64,000 bases of DNA. Origin: Adineta vaga (Eukaryota; Animalia; Rotifera). Shown here piece by piece: positions 54,582-64,000 of the stretch. The first letter of the stretch is position 1. Each line of letters begins with the position of its first letter. The DNA is taken from NCBI GenBank assembly GCA_021613535.1, contig CP075494.1, forward strand, positions 11,904,001 through 11,968,000, read 5' to 3'. The notes beneath the pieces are model-generated. The model was not told the DNA's origin. It worked only from the letters and a program-made list of their open reading frames with translations, and ran no database searches. A program made the translations under genes and the position numbers.

Positions 54582-55466
54582 CTAAGACCATTTAACAATA
54601 TTCTTTCCACTAAAATCTTGTACAGCATTTGAAACATATGGACCTGCACCAATTTCATAGATGCACATAACTGGACAATGATCTGATACAGAATATCCAC
54701 CAGTACAGAAGACATTTTGTAAGGCATTAGCTAAGATCGGACGTGCATATTTATTTTGCATTATCCAATCTAATGTCGTACCAACTTGTATATCTTCTTT
54801 CGGTTCAGCTGGCCGTTGAGGATGAGTAATTGGAGTTGGTAATCGTAATTCTGCAAAGCAATCGACATAACCAGCTTCACGTAAAATTCGTCTTGGATGA
54901 TAATTTTCATTTAAATCACCCATAAACAAAACAGCTAAATGAGGATTATTAAATCTTACAATCAGTTCTTCTAAAGCACTAACAGTACGACGTGTTTGTT
55001 GTTTACGTAAATTGATATCTGTTTTACGTTCTTCTTCATGACCTTCCCAAGTATAATGTGCTGTAGTCACAAGTAAATCTTTTCTATTCAATTGATTTTG
55101 TTCATTATTTCCATTAGATGATGTTTTTATTGTTAATCGTACCCAAAATAATCGTCTCAATGGTTCCATTATACCAATATCAACCATTCCATACTCTAAC
55201 ATATTGAACATATTTGCATTCCAATATATATTACCTTCATTTTGCCAACCAGCAAATTCATCTTGTACAAAAACATGTGTTGGTAAAGCTTCAACGATAG
55301 TATCATGTAATAACGGATGTAATTCTTGTATACAAAGAATATCAGGTGTAAATGCTGTTAAACATTCAATGATAGGTAAACGACGTTGTGGCCAATTAAT
55401 TGGATAACCTTCTGTTTTACACATATTAAAAGTCATCACCGATATTCGTGATACATTCATGATCAT
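54582..55466 (-). CDS. Endonuclease/exonuclease/phosphatase (EEP) family enzyme, intronless; horizontal transfer candidate
   Basis: VMTFN, PDILCIQE, TAH, FMGDLN, LDWI and SDHCPV catalytic motifs in a single 294-aa ORF. Confidence 0.88.
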   Translation of the reverse strand: MIMNVSRISVMTFNMCKTEGYPINWPQRRLPIIECLTAFTPDILCIQELHPLLHDTIVEALPTHVFVQDEFAGWQNEGNIYWNANMFNMLEYGMVDIGIMEPLRRLFWVRLTIKTSSNGNNEQNQLNRKDLLVTTAHYTWEGHEEERKTDINLRKQQTRRTVSALEELIVRFNNPHLAVLFMGDLNENYHPRRILREAGYVDCFAELRLPTPITHPQRPAEPKEDIQVGTTLDWIMQNKYARPILANALQNVFCTGGYSVSDHCPVMCIYEIGAGPYVSNAVQDFSGKNIVKWS

Positions 55467-55703
55467 ACAATTAAAAGAAAGTATAACTTTTCGTGCAGCT
55501 AGATGATATGTAGTGTAAATATAGATTTTGTGCGTTATATTACACGAAAAAGTAATAAGAATATAACCGAGATAAGAAATAAAAGAAAAAAGAAATGTTA
55601 GTTGGTGTCAACCATTGAAAAAACGTTGGACTATCAAAAAGTAATAATGATTAACGCACACATTCGTATTGTTGTTATGGCTCATTACAAAATTGTTTTG
55701 TAA

Positions 55704-56714
55704 CTATGTCGCACGCCATCTCCCATCTAATGAGATGACTGTTGATGGATGTTGATATCGTAATGTTTGTATTAATCGACAGACGTTTGATGACATTCCA
55801 CAAATGACATATTTCGAATCAATTAACATCTGTAATTCACACATTAGTAAACGTGTTTCAAATAATTTCTCTTTTTTAGATAAAAGATTAAAATCGAATT
55901 GAGAATGACCCGTTTGTTTTCTTGTTCGATTAAAATTTTGATGTATATTTAAAAAATGCCACTTAGAATTTAATTGACGCAGTTGATTGACAATCGTATG
56001 ATCATCGGATGCGACGAAGATTGATCGAAGTTTTTGATCTTTTTGAAATAATCGATGAATTGATTCAATATATTTTTCTAATGGTATTGCACGAGCTTCT
56101 ATACCTACTTTATCGCCCCGTCGAATATGAATTCCGATATAATTTGAAAGCTTTTTTATTTGACATGTCTGAAAAAATTTCTTAGTTTCATTTGAAATGG
56201 ACCTCCATAAATAGTGACCAACTTTACGTTTGAGTCGTAAAGATTGAACTGGTCGGGCAGCGATCCAAAGTTTATGTAATTGTGTACCAATTCGAGTAGT
56301 TTTCAAATGAGATATACGATTATTTATATGATTATCGTCAGTAAGAAGTGTATGATTAGAAAAATGATGATAATTCATTGATGATAAATTAAAATAATCC
56401 GTTAGATTTCCATAATTCCATAGGTGACTATCAATAAGAAAATATCGTTTTGTGAAAATACTATACGCAAATGCTAATAATATTTGATTTAATTCACTAC
56501 AAAATCCTGCTCTATTCCAACTAATATATAAAAATGTACGCATTCGATTATCAATCATTTGACAAGCAGAAATATTATCGAATGAACAAGAAGATATCGA
56601 GGGTGGTGGTATGAATGAATAGGTCCTATATCGATCATAGATGATCTGTATAAGAATAATTATCAATAATAATAGAAACGTTTTGACTAGTTTAATCAGT
56701 TTTGAGGATAACAT
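55704..56714 (-). CDS. Alpha-1,6/O-fucosyltransferase-superfamily glycosyltransferase (GT23/NodZ-like), type II membrane, intronless
   Basis: AGFCSE; motif I GIHIRRGDK; motif II IFVASDD; motif III ELQML...SSNVCRL; N-terminal TM. Confidence 0.85.
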   Translation of the reverse strand: MLSSKLIKLVKTFLLLLIIILIQIIYDRYRTYSFIPPPSISSCSFDNISACQMIDNRMRTFLYISWNRAGFCSELNQILLAFAYSIFTKRYFLIDSHLWNYGNLTDYFNLSSMNYHHFSNHTLLTDDNHINNRISHLKTTRIGTQLHKLWIAARPVQSLRLKRKVGHYLWRSISNETKKFFQTCQIKKLSNYIGIHIRRGDKVGIEARAIPLEKYIESIHRLFQKDQKLRSIFVASDDHTIVNQLRQLNSKWHFLNIHQNFNRTRKQTGHSQFDFNLLSKKEKLFETRLLMCELQMLIDSKYVICGMSSNVCRLIQTLRYQHPSTVISLDGRWRAT

Positions 56715-57695
56715 GAAATCAATATTGAGTATGAATAGAGGATAAGATCAAGCTAGAATGATCAAAGATATTATGATTTTGTCAATATTAATTTCAATCA
56801 ATTCTTACCTGTGATATTCAATTATAAACATTTTTTTGCTTTCTATGTCTCTGCGATTTTTATATTGACATACAGAAAATTTATATATTCATGAGTAAGT
56901 ACTCAAGTCAACATATTTATAACAATTTATTTATTCGATGAAGTCAGTTGTAAATAAAACGTCTGGATTTACATTCTGATTGATAATTTTTGAAGCTACA
57001 TAAATGGCATCATTACAGATACCTTGGAATAACAATTAAATAAGCTTCTCAAAGACAATTATCATTGATATTCTTCCAATGATATTTATAATAGATAATC
57101 TCATTTCTTTCGAAATACCAAAAGAAATCGTCTAATAAGAAGCGTGACCTATCGTTGCTTATGATCTATTTCTACTGTAACAATTCTTTTTCATATAATA
57201 CATTTGTTATTATTATATTCCTATTCAGAATTAATATATGTTTTACAATCATATTTCGATCCAAAAACGTTCATTAAAGGAAAATATCAATGAAAAAAGT
57301 TCTATTTCATCATGTAAATTTGTTTCTCTATATGTCTATAAAACGAAGTCTACATCCAACTAAAGAACGAAATTATCAAAAAAGATATATGAAATACTCG
57401 AAAAGAATCATATAAGTTTTATTTAATCTAGAAAAAAACGGACACTAAAATAATAACAAGTTTAATTTTATCCATATATACCTTTTTAAAGGATAAATTG
57501 TCACAACTTTTTGAAGTTTTTTTTTTCTTGTAGAAAAGAAAGTTATCACATCACCAAAAAAAAACAAAAACAAACCGATCCAATGTTTCACAAATTAGAA
57601 AGTTGAAAGAATACAGGAATAAAGAACGAAGCAAATAAATGATAGAAATAGGTACTAATCTAATTTAATAATGAAGAATTTTTTCGAATTAGTTC

Positions 57696-58837
<1,142 letters not shown>

Positions 58838-59292
58838 AATGCAATCTACAAGAAAAGGTAATTTTCATCTATCGAACAATTAAAGATTCTCTGATAAGTA
58901 CAGAAAAACCTCGGTATAATACACTATTCTTATTATTATTAGCAATAAATCATTCATATTCATACGATATTCATATTCCGTCTGCACTGTATTTATGTAA
59001 AGAACATGATTAGCTACTTCTGTTAGCTATATCTTGGGCCTTCAGATTTCATAGATGGCGTGACTTTACAGAAGAAATCATTTGTGGTTATTTTTTGTAG
59101 TTTATATGTATTGTAAATAACAGAAGCTTTTTTTACACTTGATAATTGCTTTTATAAAAAGATGAAATTAACGACTATTTTCAGGACTTTGATTGCCCAT
59201 TTATGTGCCCTGAAGCTATTTGATCGAACGTGTTTATTTCAATATTAGTAAAACAATTAGATAGAAAATGTATGATGAAACAATATCCATTT

Positions 59293-60660
59293 TTATAGAC
59301 AATTTCGACCCCATTGTTCCCAATGTTTTCGTTCTCTGTCTGTTGATGAAACTGCTATTAATACTTGTGCTAATAAACGAACGTATAGCAATTGAGCTCG
59401 ATGTTCTGTCATATGTCTCTCATACACAACGTCTTGACTTTGTTTTCTAATCTTATTAACATTAACTTTTGATAAGTTTTGTAAACGTCCTATTTCATCT
59501 TTGAATTCATGTTTTTGCACACAATTAACTGTTAAGAAATGTTCATTTTGATAAAGATGAAGTCGTTCAAGTATTGGTACTAAATCATCTGTTGTTACAA
59601 GTACTAAACCATTTGCTGGTATTTCAAATAATTTCGCAATTGCATAATGAACCGATTGACATGTACCCAATCCAAAGATATATTGTTGCATGTAGGAAAA
59701 ATATCGTCGTCCTCCATAGTGGTATCTACTAGAATTTTGCATGGTAATACCATAACCGGGATGTCTTAAACATGCTACCAGATTTTTATTAAAACGACAA
59801 AGTCCAAAAGCAAGTGCTCGACATGGATACCATTCCATTAGATTTGCTCCTGATACGAATAGAAGATTTTCTGCTGTTTGATTAATAGAATGAAAGGATA
59901 ATTGAGATGCAGCATGTGGTAACCAAGTGATTTGTTTAGCTGATATATTTGGATAATAATTATGAAAAAGATAAGCATAAGTAGAAAAGATTTCCGATGC
60001 AAATGATTCAAATAGATACTGTCGACTGCGATAATAATCTTTTTCTGTATAATGTAAATCATCAATAAAAACTACTAAACGAATTTTTAATGTTTCAAAA
60101 ACATTTTGCCAATATACGGATATTTTATGCCATAAAACAACATTAATATCCCAGATAAGTATGACAATTGGTGTAGGATTCTGTTTATACGATTGTTCGT
60201 CGAATTGACATGAATTAAGAATATGTTTACTAAGATTTATTTCATTGTCATCATCGAAATTCGTTGGATTTACAAATGATCGATAGTTTATATTTGATTT
60301 AATTGCAATTTGTTTTAAAGATGTTAAAATCTCGGCAAATTCCTGAGTAACATATGACCACCATGGTCCACCATCGAGATGTTCAATTAAAAAACATGTT
60401 TGCTGTTTGAAAGATTGTCGATAATATGACGTTATATTATTTAAATAGAATTCATTTGGATGACACACTGAATACGAATGAAGATCAAATGTTAATGGTA
60501 AATCTGGGTGTAATCGACTTGTTATTGGCGATGGAATTGTTTCCCAAAAGAATAAAATTGAACTTAGATAATTAACAAAAATGAAGAAACAAAATGCAAG
60601 ACAATAGAGAAATCGTTTATTACGAAACGGAACTAAACGATAACGAATACGTCGACGCAT
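59293..60660 (-). CDS. CgeB/Glyco_trans_1_2-like GT-B glycosyltransferase with an N-terminal TM, intronless; horizontal transfer candidate
   Basis: FIDDLH, WLPHAA, YPCR, HPGY, AKLFEIPANG and VYERHMTEHRA resemble the bacterial CgeB-type C-terminal domain; single 455-aa ORF. Confidence 0.7.
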   Translation of the reverse strand: MRRRIRYRLVPFRNKRFLYCLAFCFFIFVNYLSSILFFWETIPSPITSRLHPDLPLTFDLHSYSVCHPNEFYLNNITSYYRQSFKQQTCFLIEHLDGGPWWSYVTQEFAEILTSLKQIAIKSNINYRSFVNPTNFDDDNEINLSKHILNSCQFDEQSYKQNPTPIVILIWDINVVLWHKISVYWQNVFETLKIRLVVFIDDLHYTEKDYYRSRQYLFESFASEIFSTYAYLFHNYYPNISAKQITWLPHAASQLSFHSINQTAENLLFVSGANLMEWYPCRALAFGLCRFNKNLVACLRHPGYGITMQNSSRYHYGGRRYFSYMQQYIFGLGTCQSVHYAIAKLFEIPANGLVLVTTDDLVPILERLHLYQNEHFLTVNCVQKHEFKDEIGRLQNLSKVNVNKIRKQSQDVVYERHMTEHRAQLLYVRLLAQVLIAVSSTDRERKHWEQWGRNCL

Positions 60661-61386
60661 CAACAGCCATTAAATCATATATTGAAAAGTTAAGAATTTC
60701 ATTTTTTGTCGCTTTTTACTATCGATACATATCGAATGAGTGAAAAGTGTAAAACAAAATATACATCGGATGTAATGCATGACTTATCACATAATTTTTT
60801 TTCTCGCGTTACATATCGACATTCGAAATAGTGACTCATCGGTTTCATTTGAGTAAAGAAAATGTTCCTTTTTTCTTTTTATTCATTCATTCATACTTTA
60901 TTATTTGATTGAATATACAGATGTATATATGTTTATACAAAAACAAAAAAAAAGGAATAAACCACATCTACTAAAACGACAAGAACAAAATAACAACAAC
61001 AACAACAACAACAAAAAGATCGTTCTCTTGGTTATTCGATGACTGATAACTACTGACTTTTTTTTTGGTTGTGTAGACGAAATAGAAAATAGAGAAGAAA
61101 GAAAAAAGATGTAAAGCATGTAAAACAAATGATTATTGCAATGTATACGAAGAATTATGTGTAAATATAGAATGATTTTGTCGCAATGCGGCAAGTAAAA
61201 TGCACAAGAAAAACAGTAAAGGAAATATTAATGATAAAGAGATTCGAATCTAAGCGAGACAAAGAAAAATAAAGAACAAAGAGAAAAGAGAAGAAGAAAT
61301 GAACACTATCTGAATAGAAATGTACAATAGAAACAAAGAAAAAAACAAAAGATTTTTTCGTTGTGAGAACATGAATTACACAGATT

Positions 61387-63786
61387 TTATTGATGATATT
61401 GATGATAGAGCGCTAATGTTGCTACTGTATCACCATAATCAGTATTTGTAGTTGCGGCTGGTGGTGGTGCTTGATTACCAGCTGTCCAATTATCATTGGC
61501 GGCAGCCCATGTTGAACCACCATTATTACTTGCATATGTTCTTCCATCATTATTTGCGTTACCTGCTGAATAATCCTGTCCTTCTTGATTAGTATAAGTC
61601 GATGGTGATTGTGTTGGATAATGTGCAATTGGATTTGAAACAATTGCACCTGAATTTCTTGCATATGTTTCATATGCTTGTCGATTATAATCATTAGCAT
61701 TGGCAATAACTGATGTTTTATTTGTTGGTTGATTGGATAAAAATGTAACAATAATAAATTCAATTTCATCTGTACATGGATTACAAAATGCGTATGTTGA
61801 TGTTTTTAATGAAACATATTCTGTGTCAATATTTGAACGAAAACGTATGATAATATTCGTTAAATTCGATGATGTATTTGACATATTCTTTTGTGTCACT
61901 GTTCGTTTATAAAGCTCTTGAAATTTGATTTGATCATCCGGATGTATTTGTTCATAGATGATTTTATGCAATAATTCATGTGTTTTATAGCCAATAATTG
62001 GTGTACAACGTTGATCAATAAATAAAATTTCACCTGTATCACTATGACAACGGCATGTAAATTCAGTTGTAATCGAATTTAATGAAGATATTGAACTATT
62101 CGTTAGATCATTGACATTTGGTGCACAAGAATTTTGTATACGTGCAATAGCAATAAAAGCCATTTGACCATTGGAATTTGATGATGATGATGGATTATCG
62201 TGATGTGATGATGGATGATGATGAATATTTAAATTACGAATATAACCACTTATGTGTACAACTTCATAGAGATTACCATCAATGGATGGACCTAGAGAAG
62301 TCCGATGGCGGCGACGTAAAATACATGGATTGATAAATGGATTTTGATGTGTAGGATCGAGTGGATTTGTTGATCCAACTCGTAAACGACAGATAAATGA
62401 GCGTTTTGAACTAACTAAAATGAAAAGAAAAGTTATATTGTATGTACAACAAAGGCAATTGAATTTTTTGAATGATAAGTCTTCGTAGATTTTTGTCCAT
62501 ATCTATCTCTCTACTAAGAAAAATAACTTACCTAATCGAGCACCTGTAGAATGTCCATCCTTTTTGACTGTGCCAGTTTTCAAATCTAAGACTCTTCCAC
62601 TATTATTGCCATTTGGACTTCCATCTTGTGGTTGTAAATTTAATTGCTCACGAACTTTTTCAACATCATCAGGATGTACAAAATCTAGAAAGATAAAACA
62701 AGAATTCGTATTGAAAAGATGAAATTTAAGAAATTTTTATTCATCTTTTACCATAAAAATATCGTGAATACCAATCTTGACATGTATATGAAAGTATATG
62801 TTGAATTGCGTCACTTATATAGATAATTCGTAGATTGTCACAATTTAATGCAAAGAGAAATGCATCACATGATTCAACCATAAGATATTTCAATTCTTGA
62901 TCATTTAAAAATGATGGTTTATGCAAATCAAGTTGTTGTTGTTGCGGCATTTGTGATGGATTTAATGATAATGAATTGTTATTTGTACGTAATGTTTTCA
63001 TAAATTGTGCGGCCATACGTAAAATTGTTAATTTATCTGGTTTACGTGCTAAATTTGAACATGCAGGAACCATGTCACATAATTCAGCAAAATATGTAGC
63101 CATTTTTATACGACGACGACGTTCAATTTCACAATGATTTTCACGTGCTTGTTTTTCTTTATCTTCATCTCCGCCTGTACCTCCACTATGTGAATGATTA
63201 TTTGACATCATAACATTTGGCATAGGAGCACCGCGTAAATAGCATTTATTTTCTTCATCGTCATCATCATCATCATCATCAAGATCATCATCGTTTGCCT
63301 GAAATAAATCAAATAGAAGAAGACAATTTTAAATTTAAAATGACTTACCATTTTACGTTTTCCGCCAGCTTTATTTGCTACAGTATTGCCAGGTAATTTT
63401 TCTGAACCAGTAGCATTTCGTTTTCGTTGACCTGCTTTACGTGATGATTCAATTGAACTCGATGATGATGCTACAGAGGGTGATGATGTATTAAAATCTG
63501 CATGATGTGGATGATGATTTAATCCTGTTGTTGTGGGATAGAATCCTGTCGTTTGTTGAACATGAAGAAGTTGTTGCGATGGCAAGGGATGACCATAATA
63601 ATGTTGATATTGACCTACGGCTGGTACTGATGGCGCAGATGAAGCAGCAGCAGCCACAACAGCAACGGCTGCATATGCAGCATTTGTATTTTGATTCAGG
63701 TATGGATGTTGAATAATTGATCCGGATGAATTGGCCATATCATCATTGGAAGGTACACCCTCATTTCCATAATTAATAGAAGACAT
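61387..63786 (-). CDS. ARNT: Aryl hydrocarbon receptor nuclear translocator (bHLH-PAS; tango/HIF-1beta)
   Basis: ARENHCEIERRRR, LARKPDKLTILRMA, KPSFLNDQELK; PAS-A (VHPDDVEKVREQL, LDLKTGTVKK); PAS-B (EFTCRC...FIDQRC, NPCTDEIEFI). Confidence 0.95.
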
Positions 63787-64000
63787 AATGAAAGAAAAAA
63801 AGAATTAAGGTCGATAAGCGATATAATAACGGCTAATATCAACTTTATCTGAAAATAAAACAGATGAAAATTTATGAAATGAAAGATAAAATAAATGTTG
63901 TTGCTGATTTAGTTTTATTTCTTTTTTTTTACTATCATACTTTTTTTTTCTTCTTTGGCATTATTTTTTTTTGTGTATCTATCACGGTTCTTGGAAAAAA

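Noticed and set aside
54582-55466. EEP domain as the APE endonuclease of a LINE retrotransposon
   Set aside because: The ORF stops right after the domain, with no reverse transcriptase, poly(A) tail or target-site duplication.
56930-57150. Possible decayed gene fragment upstream of the fucosyltransferase (minus-strand RFLLDDFFWYF loosely resembles RYFLIDSHLWNY)
   Set aside because: The similarity is too short and broken by stops; it needs tBLASTx support.

Overview
This is very AT-rich, gene-dense eukaryotic (animal) DNA. About 31 protein-coding genes lie on both strands, mostly split by short (~50-65 nt) GT-AG introns with tiny intergenic gaps. The short introns, lineage-type GPCR pair and intronless bacterial/fungal-looking enzymes mixed among core metazoan genes suggest a bdelloid rotifer (inference, not proven). 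Recognisable genes include RRP8, a cationic amino acid transporter, METTL14, an Mn-type CDF transporter, KCNQ-like and Shaw-like K+ channels, ATP synthase subunit d, TRPM, a trypsin-type protease, DCLK, three GPCRs, VAMP, NmrA-like, ZNF330, NudC, RPS28, FAM110, TMX1, AK2 and ARNT. No rRNA, tRNA, CRISPR array or intact transposon was seen. The main candidates for novelty are: (1) a protein with the Mic60/mitofilin N-terminus whose mitofilin C-terminus is replaced by LEA-like amphipathic repeats, lying next to a C-terminally extended ATP synthase d; (2) a Shaw channel with a GAG instead of GYG selectivity filter; (3) four intronless putative horizontally acquired enzymes, three of them clustered; (4) overlapping convergent CDSs (NmrA-like/ZNF330); and (5) METTL14 lacking its RGG tail. 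Gene models were assembled by eye, so exon boundaries are approximate, and family assignments come from remembered motifs rather than database searches.
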